Of a stretch of DNA of 49,540 bases, positions 1-9,105 are shown piece by piece. Position numbers and translations under genes: made by a program. The stretch lies in the NCBI GenBank assembly GCA_013166835.1, contig JABLTI010000010.1, forward strand, positions 1-49,540, read 5' to 3'. The DNA is from Promethearchaeati archaeon (GTDB lineage Archaea > Asgardarchaeota > Heimdallarchaeia > JABLTI01). Each line of letters opens with the position of its first letter. Within the stretch, counting starts at the first letter, position 1. The notes under the pieces are model-generated. The model was not told where the DNA came from, did no database searches, and saw only the letters and a program-made list of their open reading frames with translations.

Positions 1-47
1 AGTATTGATTTAAATACTCGGTCGTTTCATCTGTATGTAGTAAACTA

Positions 48-70
48 CTATAATATAGTATATTACTATA
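48..70. promoter_or_regulatory. Overlapping AT-rich inverted repeats upstream of the AbrB-like gene; possible operator
   Basis: TACTAT-AAT-ATAGTA overlapping TATAGTA-TAT-TACTATA; low complexity, so could be chance. Confidence 0.3.
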
Positions 71-116
71 TTTCCATCTTATTGGGTGATTAGTGGTTTT
101 TTTAGGGTGCCGGTAG

Positions 117-482
117 ATGAATAAAGAACAGATTATACGTTCGACTATCAACTTACTCATTACTGAGAATCACAACCTTCTTTACTTCAACATTCCTAAA
201 GAAATTGTTCAAAAATTAGCCTTAACTGAAAACGATCTCTTGGAGTACGATGTTCGCGAGAACCAATTTTTCTTCCGAAAAAAGGGTTCACAATATTTAC
301 CTAAAGAAAATCAACTTAAAATTTTCTCAGGATTGCTGGTTGAACGTAATATTACACGAAATAATACGGTCCTTAGAACAAACTTACCCAAAGAAGTTGC
401 CCAACCTTTGGCTATCCAAAAGGGTGACAATGTTTTGATAACTTCTGATGGGAAAGTAATTGTTGGTCATAAAAAAACTTGA
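117..482 (+). CDS. Tandem AbrB/MazE/SpoVT-like (swapped-hairpin) DNA-binding protein
   Basis: Two internal copies of an AbrB-like pattern: 'FNIPKEIVQKLALTENDLLEY' and 'TNLPKEVAQPLAIQKGDNVLI'. Confidence 0.65.
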   Translation: MNKEQIIRSTINLLITENHNLLYFNIPKEIVQKLALTENDLLEYDVRENQFFFRKKGSQYLPKENQLKIFSGLLVERNITRNNTVLRTNLPKEVAQPLAIQKGDNVLITSDGKVIVGHKKT

Positions 483-506
483 ATGAAAAATACAGGAGAA
501 TGAAGA

Positions 507-3218
507 TTGCGTATAAGAGAAAGAATAATGGTGACTTTTATCGTTTTACTTATTGTCCCCCCCGTAGTAATGATCACTGTTTCAAGTGTTCGTATTAGCA
601 GGGTTTCACGGGATAATACAAACGATTCTTCTGATGCATTACTTACTGAAGAAAAAGAACATCTTTTAAGATTGTCTTCAGATGAGTCACAAAAAATCAA
701 TGAGCTGTTCGATCAAATCGTTGCAGAAGTCACGATGTTGGACAGTTATGCAGAGGATTTGTTCAATAACAAGATTCCGATAACTCCTTACCAATCATAT
801 TGGTGGGATAATGAATCCGAGTTTCTTGAAACAGGAAGAGTAATTCCTGGCCTTCACTACGAACCAGATTATGATTCTTTTATTTCATATGATAACAGCT
901 GTTATTATTTACCTCGAACTTATATTACCAATAATTTAAGTGGAGACCCATTTAACTGGGATACAGACTTACAGTATCTTCTTGACACATCCTCAAACTT
1001 AGACATTGCATTCAAAAACATGCATGAAGCAAATCCAAATTACGTTTGGATTTATATGGCTTTCACACATCCCTCTTATTCATTGTTCAGGAACTATCCA
1101 TTTGATAGTATGGCCTGGACACAGGATTTAGATGAAGATGATATAATAAATCCCCCAGAAGAGGATTGGGATCCCCGTGGTGAAGATTTCTATACAATTC
1201 CCGCGGCAATTAGTAATACTAGTTCAACTACAGCATTTATTGCTCCATATTTTGATCCAGTTGGGTTACTCATATCCGCCGGGAGACCAGTATATTTTGA
1301 CAATGGTACACTCATAGGAATTGTTAGTGTTGATATAACAGTAGCGACAATGCAAGAAAGCATTTTGAATTTAGACGTAAGCGAAAATGGATATGCTTTC
1401 TTAATTGACAGCGAAGGTTCATCGATAACTCATCCTGGATTAGTGGATGATTTCGTTCCTATTTTGGATTTAGAAATGGCTGATTCAACAGCTAGCGAAC
1501 AAGCTGCTTTTCAATTAATTATTAATGATATGAAGAGTGGTGGAAGCGGTCAAGAAGAGTTTACAAAGGACGAAGGAGACACATGGTATATTTCTTATGA
1601 TTCAATTGACGCTGCTGGTTATTCTCTAGCACTTGTTGTTCCTGAAGATGATATCCTTGCTCCAGTAATTCAATTACGTGAAGATATCATGGGCAGAAGT
1701 ACAAACAACATACTCATTTCAGTTGCTTTGCTAGTACTCGCTTTAGTACTCATTATATTTGTTTCAGTAAGCGTCTCAAGAGCAACAGTTGAACCAATTC
1801 AAGATTTCATAAACTTCTCAAAAAGAGTAGGGTCAGGAGATCTTTCGAGGGATCTAGATGAAGATGTTGCTATACCGAGAGAAATCATGGGACTGCATGA
1901 AGCGCTGGATGGATTACTGACGGCTTTACGGTTTGGGAATACGGATTACTATGAGGGAAATCTGGATTTGGCGTTCAATAACTACTTGAAAGCTCTGAAA
2001 CTGTTTGAGACAACCCAAGACCAAATGGGTATGGGCGTTTGCTTAAATAACATAGGCAATGTCTACAGGGAATGGGGCGATCTTGTCCAAGCAAGAGATT
2101 TCTATGCAAAAGCAATAGCTGTTGCTGAAAATCTTGATGACAAAGTAGGAAAGGCTTCTAGGTACAATAATTATGGACTTGTTCTTCTTGATAGTGGAGA
2201 ACTAGACGAAGCTCAGAAGTACATTGAACGAGCTCTCAAACTCAATGAGGAAATAAACAATACTCGAGGTCGAGTGTTATGTTTGAATAACCTTGGTTTA
2301 ATTCACTTTAAACTCGGGTCTGTTAAACTAGCCTTTGGTTATTATCAAGATGCAATGAAGCTTGCAAAATCAGAGGATTTTGTGAGAGGAGTTGCTCATA
2401 GTTTGCTTAACTTGGCTATGTTTTATCTTGAACAATTCGATGTTCATAGTGCGAAAACACACATGAATCAAGCTTTGGAAAGCGCCAGAACTGTGAATGA
2501 TGTTCTTCTTGAAGAAGAAATCCTTGAACGACTTAAACTTGTTGAGCGTGATCTTGGAGATGATGCCAGTCAAGCTGAAATCAAACAAGCTTTAGAAGTT
2601 ATTCGAGGAACAGCCACCCCACAAAAGAGCGTATTATACGTTTTAGATTACAGTGGTTCAATGAGTGGTTCCCGAAATAGAGCTTCAGTTCGTGGTTCGA
2701 TTGATTTGTTTAAGACTGCAATTAAGGATAAAGACACTGTAGGGATCATTACTTTCCATACAACTAGTCGTATGATTCTTCAACCTATTCCAGTAAGAAA
2801 TAATCGAACTAAAATTCAAGAAACCATTAAACGATTGACAAGACCAAATGGCAATACTGCCTTATGGGATGCCGTTGCAGATGCTATCGATTCTCTCGAA
2901 AACATTGGTGGCACTCAAAGATGGTTAGTTCTACTTACTGATGGTGAAGACAATTCTAGTCGACGAACAGCTAATGAGATTAATAAGAAGATTAGCAAAT
3001 TAAAATCCGCTTTGAATCTAGTCGTCATAAGTGTTGGTGATATCGGAACAGATGAGGCAATCCTCATGGAGCTATGTGATAGAACAAATGGAACCTTCAT
3101 AAAAATCACAGATTCTCGAAGTGTTCATAAAGAAATCGAAAAGGCCTTCAAAACTGTTGGTCAATTGATGAGTCAGGCTCAAGTCTCTGTAGAGGGGCTG
3201 GTCTTGGATGATATGTGA
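507..3218 (+). CDS. Membrane receptor: TM - extracellular dCache_1 - TM - HAMP - TPR repeats - vWA (MIDAS)
   Basis: TTG start after AGGAG. N-terminal TM; Cache motifs 'WIYMAF..FRNYP', 'WDPRGEDFY', 'APYFDPVG', 'GIVSVDI', 'GYAFLIDSEG..ITHP'; second TM; HAMP 'EPIQDF..VGSGDLS..EIMGL'; TPRs 'CLNNIGNVY', 'YNNYGLVL', 'LNNLGLIH'; vWA 'VLDYSGSMS..GNTALWD..LLTDGED'. Confidence 0.85.
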   Translation: MRIRERIMVTFIVLLIVPPVVMITVSSVRISRVSRDNTNDSSDALLTEEKEHLLRLSSDESQKINELFDQIVAEVTMLDSYAEDLFNNKIPITPYQSYWWDNESEFLETGRVIPGLHYEPDYDSFISYDNSCYYLPRTYITNNLSGDPFNWDTDLQYLLDTSSNLDIAFKNMHEANPNYVWIYMAFTHPSYSLFRNYPFDSMAWTQDLDEDDIINPPEEDWDPRGEDFYTIPAAISNTSSTTAFIAPYFDPVGLLISAGRPVYFDNGTLIGIVSVDITVATMQESILNLDVSENGYAFLIDSEGSSITHPGLVDDFVPILDLEMADSTASEQAAFQLIINDMKSGGSGQEEFTKDEGDTWYISYDSIDAAGYSLALVVPEDDILAPVIQLREDIMGRSTNNILISVALLVLALVLIIFVSVSVSRATVEPIQDFINFSKRVGSGDLSRDLDEDVAIPREIMGLHEALDGLLTALRFGNTDYYEGNLDLAFNNYLKALKLFETTQDQMGMGVCLNNIGNVYREWGDLVQARDFYAKAIAVAENLDDKVGKASRYNNYGLVLLDSGELDEAQKYIERALKLNEEINNTRGRVLCLNNLGLIHFKLGSVKLAFGYYQDAMKLAKSEDFVRGVAHSLLNLAMFYLEQFDVHSAKTHMNQALESARTVNDVLLEEEILERLKLVERDLGDDASQAEIKQALEVIRGTATPQKSVLYVLDYSGSMSGSRNRASVRGSIDLFKTAIKDKDTVGIITFHTTSRMILQPIPVRNNRTKIQETIKRLTRPNGNTALWDAVADAIDSLENIGGTQRWLVLLTDGEDNSSRRTANEINKKISKLKSALNLVVISVGDIGTDEAILMELCDRTNGTFIKITDSRSVHKEIEKAFKTVGQLMSQAQVSVEGLVLDDM

Positions 3219-3230
3219 GGTGATTACAAA

Positions 3231-4718
3231 ATGGCACTACGCGATTTTATTAGAAAAAGAAGTATCCGATTCAACATTATGGTTAGTTTTGTACTTCTCT
3301 CTTTAATCTTCATAGGTGGAATTGGTGGACTTTCATATCTACTCTTCCAAAGAGCAGGAGAGCAAACAATAGTGGACAGTCGAAATGCTCTTGTTGATCA
3401 AATCAAAGAAAATATTGACATCACTGCTGACAAGAACTCACAAATCATAAATGAAAAGCTCTCAAGTGCAGAAGCTATGGTTCAATATCAAGCATCTGAA
3501 TTAGAATATCTCTTCTCCGGGAATAACCGATACGGTGACCGGGATGTTTACTATGATTATGTCTTCGAATATAATCAATCATATGCGCCTACAGATTTGT
3601 ATAACGACATACCTTACGGTGTGAACCTTAGCTGGGATTACTCGAGTTATTACTTAGAAGGATCAAATTCAACACACTATCAACCAAAAGCAGGAATACA
3701 AAATATTACTCTCGAAACAGTAGCATCTATGGATTATGTCTTCCAATATATCCATGACAATGCTCCGGAATTCAGATGGCTGTATATAGCATTTGAATTG
3801 AAAGATGTTGATAATACAGACTTGTTCATCAATTATCCAGGAAGCATACTAATGGAAGATGACATCTTACGAAACAATCAGTCTGAATGGTATGAAGCTC
3901 ATACTGAAGATTGGTACATGGATGTTTATGATGGAAACGGCTCTATAGTCTTTACAGAACCCTATACAGACGAATTTGATGGTGTACCACTTATCACAAT
4001 TGGACGATTAGCTAAATTCGACAATGGAACTGATCTAGCTGTTATTTGTGGTGATATTTCCATCGATGACATGGTTGACAAAATCATCAATGTGCAAGTC
4101 TTAGATACAGGATATGCATCTTTAATCACATCTAGTGGATTGGTTGTTGCACATCCAGATCCATTATCTATACCCGATTTAGCAAATCCTGATTTCAAAC
4201 ATATCTCAGAGATTGAAAAGAACCTTGATAGTTCCTCTGCATTAAGCCTTGCTGATATAGACGAAATAACCTCTGGAGATTCTGGTATTCTTGAGTATAC
4301 TCGAGATGGCCAAGAACGATACTTAGCTTATCAACCAGTGGGCAAAGGTGATTACATTAGTATAATCATTGTTCCGGTTGAAGAAGCTCTAGAGGGTATT
4401 GAACCTGTAGAAGCTCGAATGAACGAGGCAATCAGAACTAACTTGAACACTATCTGGATAATTGTTGGTGCAAGTTTTGCAATTGGTATTACTGTAGGAT
4501 TAATCCTTACAGCATACATAACAAGACCTTTCACACATCTCATCAAAGTAGCTCAATCATTATCTACAAGACGTGCGCGGAAAGACATCATGGAAGGAAT
4601 CATGTTAAACATAGATCCAGAATTACTGCAAAGCGAAGACGAACTCGGTGAGCTGACGCGAGCTTTCAAAGGAATGATAGATTCCGTTCAACAAGCAGAG
4701 CGGGAGAAAGATGATTAA
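3231..4718 (+). CDS. Membrane receptor: TM - dCache_1 - TM - HAMP, no cytoplasmic output domain
   Basis: GGTGA RBS. Paralogous Cache motifs 'WLYIAF..FINYPG', 'AHTEDWY', 'TEPYTD', 'CGDI', 'GYASLITSSGLVVAHP'; HAMP 'ITRPFTHL..DELGELTRAFKGM' followed by a stop. Confidence 0.85.
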   Translation: MALRDFIRKRSIRFNIMVSFVLLSLIFIGGIGGLSYLLFQRAGEQTIVDSRNALVDQIKENIDITADKNSQIINEKLSSAEAMVQYQASELEYLFSGNNRYGDRDVYYDYVFEYNQSYAPTDLYNDIPYGVNLSWDYSSYYLEGSNSTHYQPKAGIQNITLETVASMDYVFQYIHDNAPEFRWLYIAFELKDVDNTDLFINYPGSILMEDDILRNNQSEWYEAHTEDWYMDVYDGNGSIVFTEPYTDEFDGVPLITIGRLAKFDNGTDLAVICGDISIDDMVDKIINVQVLDTGYASLITSSGLVVAHPDPLSIPDLANPDFKHISEIEKNLDSSSALSLADIDEITSGDSGILEYTRDGQERYLAYQPVGKGDYISIIIVPVEEALEGIEPVEARMNEAIRTNLNTIWIIVGASFAIGITVGLILTAYITRPFTHLIKVAQSLSTRRARKDIMEGIMLNIDPELLQSEDELGELTRAFKGMIDSVQQAEREKDD

Positions 4719-4743
4719 TCTTCTCCCATTTTTTATCTTTTTT
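4702..4743 (+). terminator. Hairpin plus T-tract after the second Cache gene
   Basis: GGGAGAAAGAT-GATTA-ATCTTCTCCC followed by ATTTTTTATCTTTTTT. Confidence 0.55.
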
Positions 4744-4756
4744 AGGAGAAAGTCAA

Positions 4757-6553
4757 ATGAAATGGAAACTAGATGATAGTAAACTAGTATATGGCGTAGG
4801 TAGTAAAGATCTATACTATCTTGATATAAACAAAGAAGGAAAACTTGAACTTGTATTAGAAGGTCAAAGAATCAGTTTTGAGAAAATTATTGACACGTTT
4901 AAAGAAAAAACGAAATATGATGAAGCTTCCTTCGCAATTAGAATCCCCCAATTGATTTCATGTCAGATTAAGAAACTGATTTTAGCATTTGCTGAAGCTA
5001 GAGAGAAGTATAATTATCAAAGTAAATATTATCCAATTTACCCGATTAAAGTTAATCATTCTAAATTTATTATTGATACAGTTATCAAAACTCATCCTAC
5101 TTATGGATTTGAATCAGGAACGAAATCTGAATTCATACTTTTACTTCAAGCATTGAAAGATGAGAAGCATCGTTTGATTATGTGTAACGGTGCCAAGGAT
5201 CGAGAGTATTTGCAATCAATAAAAGAAGCAATTACTGATGGTTTTAAAGTTTGTATTTCGATTGAATCAGAACAAGAAATGCTAGATACTCTTGATGTTT
5301 TACCTCAAGAGAATTATCGGCTTGCTCTTAGAATAAAACCTTATGTGACTTTACATGGTCATTGGGGAGCTTCTAGTGGGAGGAATTCCAAATTTGGTTT
5401 AGCAATTGGTGAATTACATGATGTTATTGATGTTTTGAAGGAGAAGAAAGCAACTCATTTGCTAACTATGTTACATTCACATCCTGGTTCTCAAATTACA
5501 GATTTGGCAGGATTTGAAAGATTCGCTACTTTTGTTGCTCAATTTTACAAACTCCTCCATGAACGTGGATTCACAAATTTGAAGACAATCAATTTTGGCG
5601 GGGGTTTACCTATTGATTATGATAATCGCCTTGATGAAGATTTTATGCAAAAATATGCTGAAATTTTTGTCAAAGTGCTTTCAAAGAAATTACCTAAATT
5701 ACAGCCTACTATAATGACTGAATCTGGAAGAGCAATCACAGCTTTATCCACAATTATTATAGTAAAAACCATAGATAAATATTCAGCGTATCCCAAGACG
5801 TATTGGAATAAAACATTTCTTTCTCACTTTTACAAAGAAATAGAAGAATACCAAGATGTTAAATCAGCAAATGATGCTCTCAAGAAATGGACCTCTTGGG
5901 AAAAAAGGAAACCTCCACTGCTTTTTCTTGAAGAACTAAATGATTATGAGTTCGTTGCTCTTGAATTAAAGAGATTACTCCGTAAAAAATATTTTAGTTT
6001 TGATGATTTTGAAAAACATTTAGAGAAATCAGCAGCAAAAGCATTGTTGAAACCGGAATACTCTGTTCAAGGCAATTTTTCAGTTTTCAATTCTATAGGA
6101 GATCTTGTATTAGTCAAACAGTATTTTCCAGTTATTCCAATTAGTAGTCTACATGTGCAACCAGAAACAATTGTACGTTTATTTGATATTACATGTGATT
6201 CCGATGGAGAAGTAGCAATTTATCATCCACCAATTAGTGAGAAGAAACTAGCTACTGAGGATGATTATCAACTTACTTTTACAGAACCATTTGAACTTGG
6301 AGGATTTCCTGTTGGAGATTTAAAAGAACTAAAAGATAGTTATCTTATCATCCCTCTTGCTGGGGCTTACCAAGATATTGTTGAGTTTGATCACAACCTA
6401 CTTGGAGATCTACCAGATGTTTTAGTTGCTTTAGATGGAGCATGGTTAATTGAACTACTTAATGGAGCACAATCAATCAGTAGCATTCTAGCTGATGTTG
6501 GTTTTGATTGTGATGTTGATGATGATCCCTATTATGATAATGGTTCGAAGTGA
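4757..6553 (+). CDS. speA: Biosynthetic (bacterial-type, fold III PLP) arginine decarboxylase
   Basis: SpeA motifs in order: YPIKVN (PLP Lys), ESGTKSE, CNGAKD, SKFGL, HSHPGSQI, GGGLPIDYD, ESGRAITA, NFSVF, DITCDSDG, GAYQD. Confidence 0.85.
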   Translation: MKWKLDDSKLVYGVGSKDLYYLDINKEGKLELVLEGQRISFEKIIDTFKEKTKYDEASFAIRIPQLISCQIKKLILAFAEAREKYNYQSKYYPIYPIKVNHSKFIIDTVIKTHPTYGFESGTKSEFILLLQALKDEKHRLIMCNGAKDREYLQSIKEAITDGFKVCISIESEQEMLDTLDVLPQENYRLALRIKPYVTLHGHWGASSGRNSKFGLAIGELHDVIDVLKEKKATHLLTMLHSHPGSQITDLAGFERFATFVAQFYKLLHERGFTNLKTINFGGGLPIDYDNRLDEDFMQKYAEIFVKVLSKKLPKLQPTIMTESGRAITALSTIIIVKTIDKYSAYPKTYWNKTFLSHFYKEIEEYQDVKSANDALKKWTSWEKRKPPLLFLEELNDYEFVALELKRLLRKKYFSFDDFEKHLEKSAAKALLKPEYSVQGNFSVFNSIGDLVLVKQYFPVIPISSLHVQPETIVRLFDITCDSDGEVAIYHPPISEKKLATEDDYQLTFTEPFELGGFPVGDLKELKDSYLIIPLAGAYQDIVEFDHNLLGDLPDVLVALDGAWLIELLNGAQSISSILADVGFDCDVDDDPYYDNGSK

Positions 6554-6571
6554 AAAATAACTAGTATTTTC

Positions 6572-7057
6572 TCACTTCTTCTCTTTTATTTTTTCATAAA
6601 GACCAATAAGCTCAGTTTCCTCAATTATGTGGTCTTCCATTAATTTGATAACTTTCTTCTTTCCACTTTTCCTATCTAGTGGGAGTTTCTCATCTAAAGC
6701 GTATAATTTGAAAATGTATCTATGCTTTCCCCAAGGGGGGCAAGGACCCATATACTTGTTTTGGAATGCTCCGTTTCTCCCAACAACAGCCTTTTCTAAT
6801 TTACTTCCTTCAGCTATAGTTTTGGTGTCGGGATCCAAATGACAAATGACCCAATGAGTAAAGATCATTTTTGGGATTGGGACATCCGGATCAGTCATAA
6901 TAAGCACAAGACTTACTGCATTATTCGGAACACCTGAGATTTTAAGAGGAGGAGAAATATTTTCACCTTGGCAAGTATTTTTTTTCGGCATATCACCATT
7001 ATGTTTGAATGCAGGACTTGTTAATTTTAGTTTTCCCAGCTTTATCACCAAACACAT
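6572..7057 (-). CDS. YbhB/YbcL (PEBP/Raf kinase inhibitor-like) family protein
   Basis: 'LTSPAF', 'GENISPPL', 'DPDVP..FTHWV', 'YMGPCPPWGKHRYIFKLYALD'. The true start may be a few codons downstream. Confidence 0.9.
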   Translation of the reverse strand: MCLVIKLGKLKLTSPAFKHNGDMPKKNTCQGENISPPLKISGVPNNAVSLVLIMTDPDVPIPKMIFTHWVICHLDPDTKTIAEGSKLEKAVVGRNGAFQNKYMGPCPPWGKHRYIFKLYALDEKLPLDRKSGKKKVIKLMEDHIIEETELIGLYEKIKEKK

Positions 7058-7160
7058 TTTTTGTTTTCTTATTGATTAATTCTTTGGAAAATCCTAAAAA
7101 CAGTTAATGAGCAGTTGTTAAATCATAATAGCATATATAATTACAAAAAAAAACAAACTG

Positions 7161-8606
7161 GTGTTTGAGGAAATGAATCACAATAATATTTTGTTTAGAA
7201 GAGATAGAGATACTATTCTATTTGATGATGTAAACCTAAGAAACATTGAAACCAAATTTGGTACTCCAACTTATCTATTTAGTGCTGATCAAATTCGAAG
7301 AAATATCAAATTTCTTAGGGAAAAAATGCTAGAATATAATCCTCAAACCTCAATTGCATATTCAATGAAGAACAATATCATACCAGAAATCTGCACTATA
7401 ATTGCTGATGAAGTAGATTATTTTGAAACAACATCTATGCTCGAACAGAAGATTGTAGAAAAAATTATTCTTGAGAAGAAAAAAAATATTCATATTGTTT
7501 CTACTAATATTTACAAACCAGATGGATTAATAAAAGAGGTAATAGAGTATCCAAATATTTCTTCATCAGAAATTAATTCAGCGAAATGTCACAGTTTTCT
7601 TGCAATTGATTCATATCACGATCTTAAAAACATAGTAAAAGCTGCCCAAAGGCTAGGAGTAAAACCTAAAGTTTTGATAAGAGTTAATCCAGGTATTAAG
7701 ATGGACATTGAGGAAACTATCTTTGCTTCTGCTAATATTTCAGCAAAATGTGCAGTAGTGATATCAAACATAAAACCTATAATAAAGGCAAGTAATGATC
7801 CAACAATCAAGATTTGGTTACCAGAAAGGCAATTTAAACCTGAATTTGATACAGCAGAACGTTTAGTAAAGGAAGCCAATGAAAGCGAACATTTGGATCT
7901 GGTTGGTTTACATTGTCATCTTGGCAGTCAAATTACTAATATAGAATATTTTGATCGATTTTTTGAGGTAGTCACACGATTCTTCAAAATAATGAATGAA
8001 GAAATCAATGATAAAATGAAAATCCTTGATTTAGGAGGAGGATATCCTGTAGATTATGCTCATTGTGAGTGTGTTCCTACTATTGAGGATATTTCTAAGA
8101 GTTTATCCAAAAATATCAAAAATTCTGGTATAAATCCTGAGATTATTATTGAGAGTGGTCGTTTTATTACAGCAAATTCTGGTCTCTTATTATCGAAAAT
8201 TACCATTACAAAAGAAAATTCTGATGGTCATAAAATTGCGGTTCTTGACTTATCGACTTATAGTGATTTGCTAGATGTTTTAACAGCACAATGGAGTTAC
8301 AATTATTCGTTAATTAATGAACTACCAGATTCTGATCAAAAAGCCACTTGGAGATTAGTTGGAGGTACTAATGATACATTAGACCAATTGACTCCAAGGA
8401 TAGTCAAATGTAGTAATTGCAAAGAACAGATAATAGAAAAGAAAGAAATAACTTTTCCACGAGAGTTAGTAATTGGGGATATAATTGCAGTAAAATCAGT
8501 CGGAGCATATACAACATGTTTCAATTCTAATTATTGTGGAAGATCAAAACCACTAATTGTTTTAAAGGATTCAACGAGTAAACAACAAATACTAAGGATT
8601 AGATAG
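7161..8606 (+). CDS. Diaminopimelate/ornithine decarboxylase family (LysA-like) protein, divergent
   Basis: 'FGTPTY', YSMKNN (PLP Lys), 'LIRVNP', HCHLGSQI, DLGGG, ESGRFI, 'GAYT..FNSNY'. Confidence 0.8.
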   Translation: MFEEMNHNNILFRRDRDTILFDDVNLRNIETKFGTPTYLFSADQIRRNIKFLREKMLEYNPQTSIAYSMKNNIIPEICTIIADEVDYFETTSMLEQKIVEKIILEKKKNIHIVSTNIYKPDGLIKEVIEYPNISSSEINSAKCHSFLAIDSYHDLKNIVKAAQRLGVKPKVLIRVNPGIKMDIEETIFASANISAKCAVVISNIKPIIKASNDPTIKIWLPERQFKPEFDTAERLVKEANESEHLDLVGLHCHLGSQITNIEYFDRFFEVVTRFFKIMNEEINDKMKILDLGGGYPVDYAHCECVPTIEDISKSLSKNIKNSGINPEIIIESGRFITANSGLLLSKITITKENSDGHKIAVLDLSTYSDLLDVLTAQWSYNYSLINELPDSDQKATWRLVGGTNDTLDQLTPRIVKCSNCKEQIIEKKEITFPRELVIGDIIAVKSVGAYTTCFNSNYCGRSKPLIVLKDSTSKQQILRIR

Positions 8607-8683
8607 AAAATCAGATTTCTTGATATTTTTATATAGACAATTATTCTCTTTTACTACAAGAATAACTCAAGGGTGCACTTACT

Positions 8684-9040
8684 ATGTATAGAGACAGAAG
8701 AACTCTGAACTTAACAATTCTAATAATTGCTGTTGTTATTGTAACTGTAATTGCTATATCAATCATCTCAGTGAACGCAGTTACTGGTAGTTGGGGGATA
8801 TTTGAGATATTGGCAGCAATAGGTGGAGCATTACTTATTATTGGTGGAATTGGAGTTTATACGAGTTATGCAGGTGGTTTTACAGTCTCAAGTATTAGAT
8901 TGCATGCTCAAGCTCCTGAGGTTGCGAGAGCTGAAATGGATTATGCTAGAAAGAGAAGAAAAAATATTCCATGGATCAGTTTAATAATAGTACTTGTTGG
9001 GGTAATCCTTCTAACTATAGGACTTTCAAGAATTTGGTGA
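8684..9040 (+). CDS. Small 3-TM membrane protein, function unknown
   Basis: Three hydrophobic segments with a basic loop 'RKRRK'. Confidence 0.7.
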   Translation: MYRDRRTLNLTILIIAVVIVTVIAISIISVNAVTGSWGIFEILAAIGGALLIIGGIGVYTSYAGGFTVSSIRLHAQAPEVARAEMDYARKRRKNIPWISLIIVLVGVILLTIGLSRIW

Positions 9041-9105
9041 TTTTCTTTTTGGAAACAAACTTTTTATGTTTAACATTTTGAAACAAGAATGGATTGTGAG
9101 AGTAC

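Noticed and set aside
117-482. AbrB-like gene as the antitoxin of a type II TA pair
   Set aside because: No PIN, MazF or RelE-like toxin follows; the next gene is a membrane receptor.
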